The notes: a model not told the origin generated them from the letters alone. A stretch of DNA of 64,000 nucleotides from Escherichia coli (GCF_024502345.1 NZ_JALDNN010000001.1), one strand, 5' to 3'. Positions 1 to 11,326 are shown, numbered from the stretch's first letter. Translations and numbers: made by a program.

Positions 1-230
1 ACCAGCGTTTGTCGACCGCCGTTGAACTGGGGAAATGGCCCGATGGCGTTGCGTTGACCGAGGAACAAAAAGCGAACTGCCTGCAACTGGTGATGCTGTG
101 GCAAGCTCGCCATAATACCGAAGCACAGCATATGACAATTGACACAAATGGTCAGATGGTCATGAAGAGCAAACAGCAGTTAAAAGAAGATTTTGGTATC
201 TCAGCAAAGCCTATTGCTATGTTTAAGTGA
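1..230 (+). CDS. 3' portion of a small conserved protein (DUF1315 / YeaC-like); start lies upstream of the window
   Basis: Frame is open from the window edge to the stop at 228-230. Translation ...LSTAVELGKWPDGVALTEEQKANCLQLVMLWQARHN... resembles the small YeaC-type protein from memory; not verified. Confidence 0.5.
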   Translation, partial: QRLSTAVELGKWPDGVALTEEQKANCLQLVMLWQARHNTEAQHMTIDTNGQMVMKSKQQLKEDFGISAKPIAMFK

Positions 231-390
231 ATGAGTTATCTAGTATTTAAGCCTGTTATTAAGGGAGGGCAAATATACTTGTTAGGACGTCGTGTTTTAG
301 CTGCAAGTAGGTTAAATGCAACACTGACAAGTATTATCTGGCCTACAATGTCATTGAGGAAATGTAGGCCAGAGATGAATTCAACTAATA

Positions 391-1032
391 TTACCCCTGC
401 GTCTCTTCCCAGTCTGCCAGCGTATATAGCGTTGCCCCAGCTGCTGACATCTCCATAAACGCGTGCGCACTGTCCTGGGGCTGGATATTCACGCCACGAC
501 AACCATCGGTAATCACGTTTACCTTATAACCTAACTGTAACGCGTCCAGCACGGTAAACTTCACGCAATAGTCAGTAGCCAGGCCCATAACGATCAATTC
601 ATCGATTTCATGATCGCGTAACCAGTCATCGAGAGAGGTTTTCTGCCGACGGCCGTTATCAAAAAAGGCACTGTAACTGTCAACTAAAGGATTTTCGCCT
701 TTATGGAACACCGCTGCGATCGCTTTTTGGTTCAGTAACGGATGTAATTGTGCGCCTTCACTGTTCTGCACACAGTGATCTGGCCAGAAGGTTTGTGGCA
801 AACCGTCGAGTTGGCCTGGCGTATAAGGCTCTACACCGTGCTGACTGGCAAAACTGCCGTGATTCGCCGGGTGCCAGTCCTGACTGGCGATAACCGCTTC
901 ACCGCGCGACTGGCACCAGTCAATCAGGCGGTTAGCGACATCTACCGTACTGTCACCTTCCGGCACGGCGAGCGCGCCACCAGCACAGAAATCATTTTGT
1001 AAATCGACCAGTAACAGGGCGCGAGGGGGCAT
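391..1032 (-). CDS. pncA: nicotinamidase / pyrazinamidase
   Basis: 213-aa product MPPRALLLVDLQNDFCAGGALAV... (isochorismatase fold). Track ORF extends 6 codons upstream; start set at the conserved MPPRALL. Lies 8 nt downstream of ansA. Confidence 0.93.
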   Translation of the reverse strand: MPPRALLLVDLQNDFCAGGALAVPEGDSTVDVANRLIDWCQSRGEAVIASQDWHPANHGSFASQHGVEPYTPGQLDGLPQTFWPDHCVQNSEGAQLHPLLNQKAIAAVFHKGENPLVDSYSAFFDNGRRQKTSLDDWLRDHEIDELIVMGLATDYCVKFTVLDALQLGYKVNVITDGCRGVNIQPQDSAHAFMEMSAAGATLYTLADWEETQG

Positions 1033-1042
1033 TGCAGTCTCC

Positions 1043-2059
1043 TTAATCATCCGGCGTCAGTTCGCCGCGCAGGTTTTGGCTCATGGCCTTGCGAATGGTT
1101 TCAGTATCCAGTTCCTGGCTCAGCAGGTAATGCAGTTTGGTTAGCGTGGCTTCTACAGTCATATCTGCACCGCCAATAACGCCGGCATGGGCGAGGGCGT
1201 TACCGGTGGCATAACCACCCATATTCACTTTACCGGACATACATTGTGTCAGGTTGACCACCACAATACCGCGATCGCTGGCTTCTTGTAATTCCTGCAG
1301 GAAGGCTTTGTTTTGTGGCGCATTACCCACGCCATAGGAGCGCAGAATCAATGCTTTCACCGGTTGGCGCAGAAAATTGCGCACGACATCAGCAGAAATC
1401 CCCGGATAAATCGTCACTACGCCAATTGGTTGTGGCGTGATTGGATGAACGATTAATTCCCCTTCACCGTGCGGGGCGGGTGGCGTATTCAAACGACGAA
1501 TATGGATACCAGCTTCCAGTAACGGAGGAAGGTTTGGAGAGGCAAACGCATCAAAACCATCGGCATGGGCTTTGGTAGTGCGGTTGCCGCGATACAATCG
1601 GTTATTGAAAAAGAGCGTTACTTCGTTGATCGGATAATTCGCCGCAACGTACAACGCATTCAGCAGATTAATTTGTCCGTCAGAGCGTAACTCAGCCAGC
1701 GGGATTTGTGACCCTGTCACAATGACCGGTTTACCGAGATTCTCGAGCATGAACGACAGCGCAGAGGCGGTATACGCCATCGTGTCGGTACCGTGTAGAA
1801 TGACAAAACCATCATAGTCGTCATAGTGCGCTTTAATATCTTCAGCAATATGCTGCCAGTCTTCCGGCGTCATATCAGAAGAATCCATCAACGGCGTATA
1901 TTCATGAATGGTGAAATCTGGCATCTCCGGGCGATGGAATTCCGGCATCAGCGCCAGTTGGCGTTGTAGATGACCTGACACCGGAATATAACCCTGCTCG
2001 GAACGCTGCATCCCGATGGTCCCGCCCGTGTAGGCGACGTAAATTGATTTCTTTTGCAT
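1043..2059 (-). CDS. ansA: cytoplasmic L-asparaginase I
   Basis: 338-aa ORF MQKKSIYVAYTGGTIGM...HGTDTMAYTASALSFM..., the asparaginase signature. Confidence 0.95.
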   Translation of the reverse strand: MQKKSIYVAYTGGTIGMQRSEQGYIPVSGHLQRQLALMPEFHRPEMPDFTIHEYTPLMDSSDMTPEDWQHIAEDIKAHYDDYDGFVILHGTDTMAYTASALSFMLENLGKPVIVTGSQIPLAELRSDGQINLLNALYVAANYPINEVTLFFNNRLYRGNRTTKAHADGFDAFASPNLPPLLEAGIHIRRLNTPPAPHGEGELIVHPITPQPIGVVTIYPGISADVVRNFLRQPVKALILRSYGVGNAPQNKAFLQELQEASDRGIVVVNLTQCMSGKVNMGGYATGNALAHAGVIGGADMTVEATLTKLHYLLSQELDTETIRKAMSQNLRGELTPDD

Positions 2060-2225
2060 GATATTGATATGAATGATATCGAAAGAGCAAAAGTATATAC
2101 GTGAGGCAGGAGGAGCGCACCTGATACTATGCGGATAAGGAAATATGGGGCGAGACAGCGGGAAGAGGATTCGTCGAGGTAAAAAATAATGTGGCCGACG
2201 ATCTGTCGGCCACTCAGTACAAGAC

Positions 2226-4082
2226 TTAACGCACGTTGGCGCAGGTCAGGCAAAACGCATAACGGTTTTGTGGGTCGTTAAACGCGGCCAGCTTGTCGCT
2301 TTCACTTTTAACGGTAGAGGCTACCGAGGCAAGCGGTGCAGGTAATATGGCCTGGAACGCATCTGGCAAAATTGCCCGGACAGAACCAGACATGTTGTCC
2401 ATCACTTTGTCGAAGAAGGTCGGTTCATCAACGTAGTATTCCAGATGCCACTGTTTCACTTTTGCGAGCTCTGCTGCTTTGGCAACCGCATCATCGAAAT
2501 CCCCGAGACTATCGACCAGCCCGTTAGCTTTTGCATCCTGACCGGTCCAGACGTGGCCCTGGGCGATTTTATCAATTTGCTCCGGCGTCGAATGACGCGC
2601 ATCAGCAACCAGCGTGATAAAGCGTTTATAGCCATTCTCAATGCTTAATTGCATCATCTGCTGCGCTTCCGGCGGCAGTGCCCTGGTGATAGAAACATCC
2701 GCCAGCGGTGAAGTTGAGACACCATCAGTATGAACACCAATCGAATCCAGACTATTTTCTACGGTGGTGATCACGCCGAAGATACCGATAGAACCGGTCA
2801 GGGTGCTGGGGTTAGCCACAATGTAATTAGCTGGCGTGGAAATCCAGTAACCACCAGATGCCGCCATGCCGCCCATCGATACAACCACAGGCTTACCCGC
2901 TGCCCGGGCTGCTGCCAGTTCAGCGCGAATCACTTCAGACGCGGTAACGCTGCCGCCTGGGCTATTAACACGCAGGACAATCGCTTTCACTTTCGGGTCA
3001 AGGCGAGCGTCGCGGATTTGTGCCGCAGTGGTATCACCGCCAACATTCCCCTGAGTTTCCTCGCCATCCATAATTGCGCCATTAGCGAAGACGACACCGA
3101 TGCTGTCACCGGTATCTGCCGGCGTTTTCAATGCGTAATCGTAATAACTGATGGCGCGATAATTTTTATCAGTCTTACTCCAGCCGAACTCTTTGGTCAG
3201 AGCTTTTTCGATTTCGGCACTCGATGCCAGTGCATCGACCAGCTTGTTTTCCAGTGCATATTTCGCGGTATCGCCACCGGTTTTGGTTAAACCCTCAAGC
3301 AACCCTTGCGCGCCAGGGAATACCTGCTGAGCAGGGATCTGCCGGTTAGCGGCAACAGTATTCAGATAGTTTTGCCACAGCTCACCAATCCAGCGGCTGT
3401 CAGCTTCGCGGGCTGCCGGTGACATGTCATCACGAATAAACGGTTCAACGGCAGATTTATACGTACCCACGCGGAACACATGGGTGGAAACTTTCAGCTT
3501 ATCCAGCAACGATTTGTAGTACAGACCGTTGGTAGCAAAACCGTGCAAATCCACCACGCCTTGCGGTGACAGCCAAATTTTATTGGCGAAACTGGCGAGA
3601 TAATATTGCCCCTGGCTGTAGTTCTCGCCAACGGCATAAACCGGTTTCCCGCTGTCACGAAACTCTTTCAGGGCTTTGCCGATGTACTGCATAGACGGCT
3701 GGTCGCCGCCTGCGAAGTTTTTCAGATCCATCACGATACCGGTGATATTGCGGTCGTCCTTCGCCTGGCGAATGGTGTTGACGATATCAAACAGTGAGTT
3801 TTCCTGCAGACGATCGGAACTGGCACCAAGCAGCTGGCGGCTTAATTTACTAAACCGCTGAGAACTGTCGGGTTTATCGACGATCACACCAGAAATGTCC
3901 AGCAGCAGTGCGCCACGACTGGCCGTTTCTTTCGAATCACCACCACTGACCTGCATCCAGATCCCCACACCAACCAGTACGAGGAAAATAAAGAACAGGT
4001 TAAGTACCATTTCACGGACGAAATTCAGCAGACGCCACGTCCATTTAAAAAATCCGGCAATAAATCGCCAAAGGGTTCGCAT
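2226..4082 (-). CDS. sppA: signal peptide peptidase A (protease IV)
   Basis: 618-aa product starting [21 protein letters not shown]... with an N-terminal TM segment and tandem S49 peptidase domains. Track ORF extends 48 codons further upstream. Confidence 0.93.
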   Translation of the reverse strand: MRTLWRFIAGFFKWTWRLLNFVREMVLNLFFIFLVLVGVGIWMQVSGGDSKETASRGALLLDISGVIVDKPDSSQRFSKLSRQLLGASSDRLQENSLFDIVNTIRQAKDDRNITGIVMDLKNFAGGDQPSMQYIGKALKEFRDSGKPVYAVGENYSQGQYYLASFANKIWLSPQGVVDLHGFATNGLYYKSLLDKLKVSTHVFRVGTYKSAVEPFIRDDMSPAAREADSRWIGELWQNYLNTVAANRQIPAQQVFPGAQGLLEGLTKTGGDTAKYALENKLVDALASSAEIEKALTKEFGWSKTDKNYRAISYYDYALKTPADTGDSIGVVFANGAIMDGEETQGNVGGDTTAAQIRDARLDPKVKAIVLRVNSPGGSVTASEVIRAELAAARAAGKPVVVSMGGMAASGGYWISTPANYIVANPSTLTGSIGIFGVITTVENSLDSIGVHTDGVSTSPLADVSITRALPPEAQQMMQLSIENGYKRFITLVADARHSTPEQIDKIAQGHVWTGQDAKANGLVDSLGDFDDAVAKAAELAKVKQWHLEYYVDEPTFFDKVMDNMSGSVRAILPDAFQAILPAPLASVASTVKSESDKLAAFNDPQNRYAFCLTCANVR

Positions 4083-4242
4083 GTATTCTCCCAACTTAAG
4101 GTCACACCTGTCACAGGCGCAATAGATGTGGTTATCGTAATGACCCAACCGGCACTTGTCAGCAGGAATTGCGGACTGTGCTGTAACAAAATCCACTCTC
4201 GTGTTAATTTTGTGAATAAATCTCACGACAGGAGTTAATCAA

Positions 4243-4794
4243 ATGGATGCACTCGAACTATTGATCAATCGCCGTAGCGCCTCCCGCCTGGCTGAACCCG
4301 CACCAACGGGTGAACAACTGCAAAACATCCTGCGTGCGGGTATGCGCGCGCCGGACCATAAGTCCATGCAACCGTGGCATTTTTTTGTGATTGAAGGGGA
4401 AGGGCGCGAGCGTTTCAGCGCCGTACTGGAACAGGGGGCGATTGCTGCCGGTAGTGATGACAAAGCTATCGACAAAGCCCGTAATGCGCCGTTCCGCGCA
4501 CCGCTCATCATCACGGTGGTGGCGAAATGCGAAGAAAATCATAAAGTCCCGCGATGGGAACAGGAAATGTCTGCCGGATGCGCGGTCATGGCGATGCAAA
4601 TGGCAGCCGTTGCCCAGGGATTTGGCGGCATCTGGCGCAGTGGCGCATTAACTGAAAGTCCGGTAGTGCGTGAAGCATTCGGTTGCCGTGAGCAGGATAA
4701 AATTGTCGGTTTTCTCTACCTCGGCACGCCGCAGTTGAAAGCATCTACGTCGATTAACGTCCCGGACCCGACGCCGTTTGTAACTTATTTCTGA
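4243..4794 (+). CDS. ydjA: NAD(P)H nitroreductase family protein
   Basis: 183-aa [29 protein letters not shown]...; divergent from sppA. Confidence 0.9.
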   Translation: MDALELLINRRSASRLAEPAPTGEQLQNILRAGMRAPDHKSMQPWHFFVIEGEGRERFSAVLEQGAIAAGSDDKAIDKARNAPFRAPLIITVVAKCEENHKVPRWEQEMSAGCAVMAMQMAAVAQGFGGIWRSGALTESPVVREAFGCREQDKIVGFLYLGTPQLKASTSINVPDPTPFVTYF

Positions 4795-4910
4795 TAATTG
4801 TCGCGAAACTGTCTGGATTGTGAGCAAAGGCGCAGGAATTCAGAGACTCTCACTTATCACTTCACGGAATGAGGGTTACCATACCCGGATTGCATTGACA
4901 GGAGATGTCC

Positions 4911-5954
4911 ATGAGCGAGAACTCGATTCGTTTGACCCAATACAGCCACGGAGCTGGTTGCGGCTGTAAAATTTCCCCAAAAGTGTTGGAAACCATCCTG
5001 CACAGTGAGCAGGCGAAGTTTGTTGATCCGAATTTGCTTGTGGGTAATGAAACCCGCGACGATGCGGCGGTGTACGATCTGGGCAATGGCACCAGCGTTA
5101 TCAGTACCACCGACTTCTTTATGCCGATCGTTGATAATCCTTTCGATTTTGGCCGCATTGCGGCGACTAACGCCATCAGCGATATCTTCGCGATGGGGGG
5201 CAAACCGATTATGGCGATTGCGATCCTCGGCTGGCCGATTAACAAACTTTCCCCAGAAATTGCCCGCGAAGTAACCGAAGGTGGACGCTATGCATGCCGT
5301 CAGGCGGGTATTGCGCTGGCTGGCGGTCACTCCATCGATGCGCCGGAGCCGATTTTTGGTCTGGCGGTAACGGGGATCGTACCGACCGAGCGGGTGAAGA
5401 AAAACAGTACCGCACAAGCCGGATGCAAACTGTTCCTGACGAAACCGCTGGGGATCGGCGTTCTTACCACGGCTGAGAAAAAATCACTGTTGAAACCAGA
5501 ACATCAGGGACTGGCGACGGAAGTGATGTGCCGGATGAACATCGCAGGTGCGTCCTTTGCCAACATCGAAGGCGTAAAAGCGATGACCGACGTTACTGGT
5601 TTTGGTCTGCTGGGCCATTTGAGCGAAATGTGTCAGGGCGCAGGTGTGCAGGCGCGCGTTGACTATGACGCGATCCCAAAATTGCCGGGGGTTGAAGAGT
5701 ACATTAAGTTGGGCGCAGTGCCTGGCGGCACCGAACGTAACTTTGCCAGCTACGGTCATCTGATGGGTGAAATGCCGCGTGAAGTGCGCGATTTGCTGTG
5801 CGATCCGCAAACTTCTGGCGGTTTGCTGCTGGCGGTCATGCCGGAAGCAGAAAATGAGGTTAAAGCTACAGCCGCCGAGTTTGGCATTGAACTGACGGCG
5901 ATTGGCGAACTGGTGCCAGCGCGCGGCGGTCGTGCCATGGTTGAGATCCGTTAA
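4911..5954 (+). CDS. selD: selenide, water dikinase (selenophosphate synthetase)
   Basis: 347-aa product [30 protein letters not shown]... (Cys17 form). Track start is 2 codons upstream. Confidence 0.95.
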
Positions 5955-5958
5955 TTCA

Positions 5959-7920
5959 ATGCGGTTGTTTATTGCCGAAAAACCGAGTCTGGCGCGCGCC
6001 ATTGCTGATGTCCTGCCCAAACCGCACCGTAAAGGCGATGGCTTTATCGAGTGCGGTAATGGTCAGGTGGTGACCTGGTGTATCGGTCACCTGCTTGAGC
6101 AGGCGCAGCCAGACGCCTACGACAGCCGCTATGCGCGCTGGAATCTTGCGGATTTGCCGATTGTCCCGGAAAAGTGGCAATTACAGCCCCGACCCTCCGT
6201 GATCAAACAACTTAACGTCATCAAACGGTACCTGCATGAAGCCAGCGAAATCGTTCACGCCGGGGACCCGGATCGCGAAGGGCAACTGCTGGTGGATGAA
6301 GTGCTGGACTATCTGCAACTGGCACCGGAAAAGCGCCAGCAGGTGCAGCGTTGCTTGATAAACGACCTGAACCCGCAGGCGGTTGAGCGGGCGATCGACC
6401 GTCTTCGTTCCAACAGTGAGTTTGTACCGCTGTGCGTTTCTGCGCTGGCGCGAGCGCGTGCCGACTGGCTGTACGGCATCAATATGACCCGTGCGTATAC
6501 TATTCTCGGTCGCAATGCCGGTTATCAGGGCGTGCTTTCCGTGGGACGCGTGCAGACACCCGTGCTCGGGCTGGTGGTGCGCCGCGATGAAGAGATTGAA
6601 AACTTCGTGGCGAAAGACTTCTTTGAAGTCAAAGCGCATATCGTGACACCTGCCGATGAGCGGTTTACCGCTATCTGGCAACCGAGCGAAGCGTGTGAAC
6701 CGTACCAGGATGAAGAAGGGCGCTTGTTACATCGTCCACTGGCGGAGCATGTGGTTAACCGCATTAGTGGTCAACCGGCTATTGTCACCAGCTATAACGA
6801 TAAACGGGAATCAGAATCCGCGCCGCTGCCTTTTTCGCTTTCGGCGTTGCAGATTGAAGCGGCAAAACGTTTTGGTCTGAGTGCGCAGAACGTGCTTGAT
6901 ATCTGTCAGAAACTGTACGAAACGCACAAGCTAATCACTTATCCGCGTTCTGATTGTCGCTATTTGCCAGAAGAACATTTTGCCGGACGCCACGCGGTGA
7001 TGAATGCCATCAGCGTTCATGCACCGGATCTGTTGCCACAGCCAGTGGTAGATCCAGATATACGCAACCGCTGTTGGGATGACAAAAAGGTCGATGCGCA
7101 CCACGCCATCATTCCGACCGCACGGAGTTCTGCGATCAACCTGACGGAGAACGAAGCGAAGGTCTATAACCTGATTGCCCGTCAGTACTTGATGCAGTTC
7201 TGCCCGGATGCGGTGTTCCGCAAGTGTGTTATCGAACTGGACATTGCCAAAGGCAAATTTGTCGCTAAAGCGCGTTTTCTTGCTGAAGCAGGTTGGCGCG
7301 CGCTGTTAGGCAGCAAAGAGCGCGATGAAGAAAACGACGGCACGCCATTGCCTGTGGTGGCGAAAGGCGATGAGTTGCTGTGTGAAAAAGGTGAAGTGGT
7401 AGAGCGGCAAACCCAGCCGCCGCGCCATTTTACCGATGCAACACTGCTTTCGGCGATGACCGGGATCGCGCGCTTTGTGCAGGACAAAGATCTGAAAAAG
7501 ATCCTTCGTGCGACCGATGGTCTGGGGACAGAAGCAACGCGTGCCGGGATTATTGAACTGTTGTTCAAGCGTGGTTTCCTCACCAAAAAAGGGCGCTATA
7601 TCCACTCCACCGACGCCGGAAAAGCGTTATTCCATTCGCTGCCAGAAATGGCTACGCGACCGGACATGACCGCGCACTGGGAATCGGTGCTGACGCAAAT
7701 CAGCGAAAAGCAGTGTCGCTATCAGGACTTTATGCAGCCGCTGGTGGGGACGCTATATCAGCTTATTGATCAAGCCAAACGTACTCCGGTGCGGCAGTTT
7801 CGCGGCATTGTGGCTCCGGGCAGTGGTGGCAGTGCTGATAAGAAAAAGGCTGCACCGCGTAAACGTAGTGCGAAAAAAAGTCCGCCAGCAGATGAAGCCG
7901 GAAGCGGGGCGATAGCGTAA
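5959..7920 (+). CDS. topB: DNA topoisomerase III
   Basis: 653-aa product [48 protein letters not shown]... with Toprim and topo-IA domains. Starts 5 nt after the selD stop. Confidence 0.95.
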   Translation: MRLFIAEKPSLARAIADVLPKPHRKGDGFIECGNGQVVTWCIGHLLEQAQPDAYDSRYARWNLADLPIVPEKWQLQPRPSVIKQLNVIKRYLHEASEIVHAGDPDREGQLLVDEVLDYLQLAPEKRQQVQRCLINDLNPQAVERAIDRLRSNSEFVPLCVSALARARADWLYGINMTRAYTILGRNAGYQGVLSVGRVQTPVLGLVVRRDEEIENFVAKDFFEVKAHIVTPADERFTAIWQPSEACEPYQDEEGRLLHRPLAEHVVNRISGQPAIVTSYNDKRESESAPLPFSLSALQIEAAKRFGLSAQNVLDICQKLYETHKLITYPRSDCRYLPEEHFAGRHAVMNAISVHAPDLLPQPVVDPDIRNRCWDDKKVDAHHAIIPTARSSAINLTENEAKVYNLIARQYLMQFCPDAVFRKCVIELDIAKGKFVAKARFLAEAGWRALLGSKERDEENDGTPLPVVAKGDELLCEKGEVVERQTQPPRHFTDATLLSAMTGIARFVQDKDLKKILRATDGLGTEATRAGIIELLFKRGFLTKKGRYIHSTDAGKALFHSLPEMATRPDMTAHWESVLTQISEKQCRYQDFMQPLVGTLYQLIDQAKRTPVRQFRGIVAPGSGGSADKKKAAPRKRSAKKSPPADEAGSGAIA

Positions 7921-8171
7921 GCGAGCGAATCTTTCGTGCTATTCGAGTTATATTCTGAAATATCCAGCGGATCAAGAAAATTCGTTGGATATTTTTTTTG
8001 CATGGATAAAATTATCGCCTCTAAAGTACGTAATAACAGGGAATGTGATGAAAAAAGTTTTATTACAAAACCATCCTGGGAGCGAGAAGTATTCTTTTAA
8101 TGGCTGGGAAATATTTAATAGTAATTTTGAACGGATGATTAAAGAAAATAAGGCCATGCTGCTTTGTAAGT

Positions 8172-8181
8172 GGGGGGGGGG
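8172..8181. repeat. homopolymeric G10 tract inside ynjI, site of the frameshift
   Basis: Ten consecutive G read directly. G8 or G11 would restore a continuous ynjI frame. Confidence 0.9.
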
Positions 8182-9006
8182 TATTTAACATGTGTTGTCG
8201 CTGTAATGTTTGTATTCGCAGCGATAACATCCAACGGTTTGAATGAAAGAGGCCTGATTACCGCGGGATGCTCATTTCTTTATCTATTAATTATGATGGG
8301 GCTTATTGTTCGGGCCGGTTTTAAAGCAAAAAAAGAACAGCTGCATTATTATCAGGCTAAAGGTATTGAGCCGCTCAGTATCGAGAAATTACAGGCGCTA
8401 CAATTGATCACACCTTATCGATTCTATCATAAGCAATGGTCTGAAACGCTGGAGTTCTGGCCGCGAAAGCCTGAACCTGGCAAAGATACCTTCCAATATC
8501 ATGTGCTTCCTTTTTACTCGATCGATATCATAAGTAAAAGACGCGAGTCTTTAGAGGATCAATGGGGTATCGAAGATAGCGAAAGTTATTGTGCCTTAAT
8601 GGAGCATTTTCTTTCTGGCGACCATGGAGCCAATACCTTTAAAGCAAACATGGAGGAAGCCCCAGAGCAGGTTATCGCCTTGTTGAATAAATTTGCTGTT
8701 TTTCCCTCTGACTATATCTCTGATTGCGCTAATCATAGCTCCGGTAAATCCTCGGCGAAGCTAATATGGGCGGCGGAATTATCATGGATGACCTCGATAT
8801 CAAGCACAGCTTTTCAAAACGGGACAATTGAAGAAGAACTGGCCTGGCATTATATAATGCTTGCTTCTCGAAAGGCGCACGAGTTGTTCGAAAGCGAAGA
8901 AGATTATCAAAAAAATAGTCTAATGGGATTTCTTTACTGGCATATCTGCTGCTATCGCAGAAAGTTAACGGATGCTGAACTTGAAGCGTGTTATCGTTAC
9001 GACAAG

Positions 9007-9014
9007 CAGTTTTG
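9007..9014. repeat. target-site duplication (left copy) of the IS1 insertion
   Basis: cagttttg immediately left of the IS1 GGTGATGCTGCC end, identical to 9783-9790. Possibly 9 bp depending on the G at the boundary. Confidence 0.8.
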
Positions 9015-9069
9015 GGTGATGCTGCCAACTTACTGATTTAGTGTATGATGGTGTTTTTGAGGTGCTCCA

Positions 9070-9345
9070 GTGGCTTCTGTTTCTATCAGCTGTCCCTCCT
9101 GTTCAGCTACTGACGGGGTGGTGCGTAACGGCAAAAGCACCGCCGGACATCAGCGCTATCTCTGCTCTCACTGCCGTAAAACATGGCAACTGCAGTTCAC
9201 TTACACCGCTTCTCAACCCGGTACGCACCAGAAAATCATTGATATGGCCATGAATGGCGTTGGATGCCGGGCAACCGCCCGAATTATGGGCGTTGGCCTC
9301 AACACGATTTTCCGCCATTTAAAAAACTCAGGCCGCAGTCGGTAA
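9070..9345 (+). CDS. insA: IS1 InsA (transposition repressor / N-terminal part of the transposase)
   Basis: 91-aa [43 protein letters not shown]... matches IS1 InsA. Confidence 0.95.
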   Translation: MASVSISCPSCSATDGVVRNGKSTAGHQRYLCSHCRKTWQLQFTYTASQPGTHQKIIDMAMNGVGCRATARIMGVGLNTIFRHLKNSGRSR

Positions 9346-9767
9346 CCTCGCGCATACAGCCGGGCAGTGACGTCATCGTCTGCGCGGAAATGGACGAACA
9401 GTGGGGATACGTCGGGGCTAAATCGCGCCAGCGCTGGCTGTTTTACGCGTATGACAGGCTCCGGAAGACGGTTGTTGCGCACGTATTCGGTGAACGCACT
9501 ATGGCGACGCTGGGGCGTCTTATGAGCCTGCTGTCACCCTTTGACGTGGTGATATGGATGACGGATGGCTGGCCGCTGTATGAATCCCGCCTGAAGGGAA
9601 AGCTGCACGTAATCAGCAAGCGATATACGCAGCGAATTGAGCGGCATAACCTGAATCTGAGGCAGCACCTGGCACGGCTGGGACGGAAGTCGCTGTCGTT
9701 CTCAAAATCGGTGGAGCTGCATGACAAAGTCATCGGGCATTATCTGAACATAAAACACTATCAATAA
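9264..9767 (+). CDS. insB: IS1 InsB reading frame (expressed as the InsAB' transposase by -1 frameshifting)
   Basis: ORF ...[21 protein letters not shown]...[39 protein letters not shown]...; the slippery TTAAAAAACTC motif lies at about 9318-9328. Confidence 0.92.
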   Translation: MPGNRPNYGRWPQHDFPPFKKLRPQSVTSRIQPGSDVIVCAEMDEQWGYVGAKSRQRWLFYAYDRLRKTVVAHVFGERTMATLGRLMSLLSPFDVVIWMTDGWPLYESRLKGKLHVISKRYTQRIERHNLNLRQHLARLGRKSLSFSKSVELHDKVIGHYLNIKHYQ

Positions 9768-9782
9768 GTTGGAGTCATTACC

Positions 9783-9790
9783 CAGTTTTG
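9783..9790. repeat. target-site duplication (right copy) of the IS1 insertion
   Basis: cagttttg directly after the IS1 right end. Confidence 0.8.
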
Positions 9791-9876
9791 GGAGCACTAC
9801 AGTAAGAAATGCCGTTGGCCCATAAGAAATGTTCCCTGGGGAGCATCATCCGTTAAATACTCATAAACGCCTGAAA

Positions 9877-9976
9877 TTTTGCCGGGGGCGCTGCGCTTGC
9901 CCGGCCTACATTAGAGCGTAACTGCAATGAATTGTGCCCATTTGTAGGCCTGATAAGCGTAGCGCCATCAGGCATT
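9877..9976. repeat. REP / BIME palindromic elements between ynjI and gdhA
   Basis: gcccggcctaca ... tgtaggcctgataagcgtagcgccatcaggc, REP-type imperfect palindromes in inverted arrangement. Confidence 0.7.
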
Positions 9977-9982
9977 TACAAC

Positions 9983-11326
9983 TTAAATCACACCCTGCGC
10001 CAGCATCGCATCGGCAACCTTCACAAAACCGGCAATGTTCGCGCCCTGCACGTAGTTGGTTTGCTCACCTTCACCACCATGCTCAACACAGGCATGGTGG
10101 ATATCCAGCATGATGTGATGCAAACGTGCGTCAACTTTCTCGGCTTTCCAGCCCAGGCGCGCAGCGTTTTGCGCCATTTCAAGGCCTGACGTTGCTACAC
10201 CGCCAGCATTAGCCGCTTTACCCGGTGCAAACAGTACGCCTGCCTGCTGGAACAGTTCAGTCGCTTCGATGGTGGTCGGCATATTTGCCCCTTCGGCGAC
10301 GGCTTTAACGCCATTGGCGATAAGCTGATGCGCGGCGTCAACATCCAGTTCGTTCTGGGTAGCGCAAGGCAGGGCGATATCAACCGGTACAGACCACGGC
10401 TGTTGGCCTTCGAGATAGACCAGACCAAATTCTTTGGCGTAATCTGCCACTCGACCATCGCGGCTGGCTTTGATTTCGATAAGACGTGCCAGTTTCTCTT
10501 TCGTGAATCCGCTTTCATCAACTACAGTGCCGCTGGAGTCTGACGCAGTGATCACCCGAGCACCAAATTCCATCGCTTTTTCGATAGCGTACTGGGCGAC
10601 GTTGCCGGAGCCAGAAACGGAAACGCGCATCCCTTCAAAACCCATACCGTGGCGTTTTAGCATTGCTTCTGTGAAATAAACCAGACCGTAGCCGGTAGCT
10701 TCCGGGCGAATAAGACTGCCGCCAAATGAAAGGCCCTTACCGGTGAAGACGCAGGCGGTATTGTTGGAGAGCTTTTTCATCATCCCCGCCATAAAGCCGA
10801 CTTCACGACCACCAACCCCGATATCACCTGCCGGAACGTCGGTATCCGCGCCCAGGTGGCGATACAGTTCAGTCATCAGCGCCTGGCAAAAACGCATCAC
10901 TTCACCTTCGCTTTTTCCTTTTGGATCGAAATCGCTGCCGCCTTTACCACCGCCCATCGGCAGAGTAGTCAGGGCATTTTTGAAGGTTTGTTCGAAGCCG
11001 AGGAATTTAAGAATGGAGAGGTTAACTGACGGATGGAAACGCATACCGCCTTTGTACGGGCCGATGGCAGAGCTGAACTGCACACGCCATGCACGGTTGA
11101 CCTGTACCTGATTGCGATCATCAACCCATACCACGCGAAACTGGATCACGCGCTCCGGTTCAACCAGACGCTCCAGTAATGACATCTGGCGATATTTTGG
11201 ATTTTGTTCAAGAAAAGGCCAGAGTGTGGTCATTACTTCACGAACGGCTTGCGCGAACTCGGTTTGATTCGGGTCGCGCTTTTGGACATGGTTGAGGAAT
11301 GACTCCAGAGAATATGTCTGATCCAT
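9983..11326 (-). CDS. gdhA: NADP-specific glutamate dehydrogenase
   Basis: 447-aa MDQTYSLESFLNHVQKRDPNQTEFAQAVREV... with the GGGKGG motif. Confidence 0.96.
   Translation of the reverse strand: MDQTYSLESFLNHVQKRDPNQTEFAQAVREVMTTLWPFLEQNPKYRQMSLLERLVEPERVIQFRVVWVDDRNQVQVNRAWRVQFSSAIGPYKGGMRFHPSVNLSILKFLGFEQTFKNALTTLPMGGGKGGSDFDPKGKSEGEVMRFCQALMTELYRHLGADTDVPAGDIGVGGREVGFMAGMMKKLSNNTACVFTGKGLSFGGSLIRPEATGYGLVYFTEAMLKRHGMGFEGMRVSVSGSGNVAQYAIEKAMEFGARVITASDSSGTVVDESGFTKEKLARLIEIKASRDGRVADYAKEFGLVYLEGQQPWSVPVDIALPCATQNELDVDAAHQLIANGVKAVAEGANMPTTIEATELFQQAGVLFAPGKAANAGGVATSGLEMAQNAARLGWKAEKVDARLHHIMLDIHHACVEHGGEGEQTNYVQGANIAGFVKVADAMLAQGVI

Larger units (their letters stand above)
9015..9782 (+). 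mobile_element. insertion sequence IS1 (768 bp), complete
   Basis: Ends GGTGATGCTGCCAACTTACTGAT... and ...CAATAAGTTGGAGTCATTACC are the IS1 terminal inverted repeats. Carries insA and insB with the A6C frameshift motif, and is flanked by a direct repeat. Confidence 0.95.
8048..9866 (+). pseudogene. ynjI: ynjI-like inner membrane protein gene, disrupted by a frameshift in a G10 tract and by IS1 insertion near the 3' end
   Basis: N-terminal ORF MKKVLLQNHPGSEKYSF...LLCKWGGGI* (8048-8188) and ORF 8170-9036 are in different frames across the G10 run. The reading frame resumes after IS1 at 9792 (EHYSKKCRWPIRNVPWGASSVKYS*, stop 9864-9866). The reconstructed length is about 346-347 aa. Confidence 0.7.

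Noticed and set aside
231-502. Overlapping 75-aa (+) and 88-aa (-) ORFs in the yeaC-like / pncA gap
   Set aside because: They overlap each other and the pncA 3' end; the region reads as intergenic with a REP-like palindrome, and there is no RBS or conserved-looking product.
2730-3290. 186-aa plus-strand ORF inside sppA
   Set aside because: Lies entirely antisense to a well-supported, full-length sppA; composition typical of a shadow ORF in a GC-rich coding region.
5484-6020. 178-aa minus-strand ORF spanning the selD-topB junction
   Set aside because: Antisense to two strongly supported genes; no RBS; shadow frame.
8170-9036. Treating the 288-aa ORF as an independent intact gene
   Set aside because: Its apparent GTG start lies within the G tract, its N-terminus continues the upstream ORF when the tract length is adjusted, and its last 6 codons are IS1-derived; it is best read as part of a disrupted ynjI.
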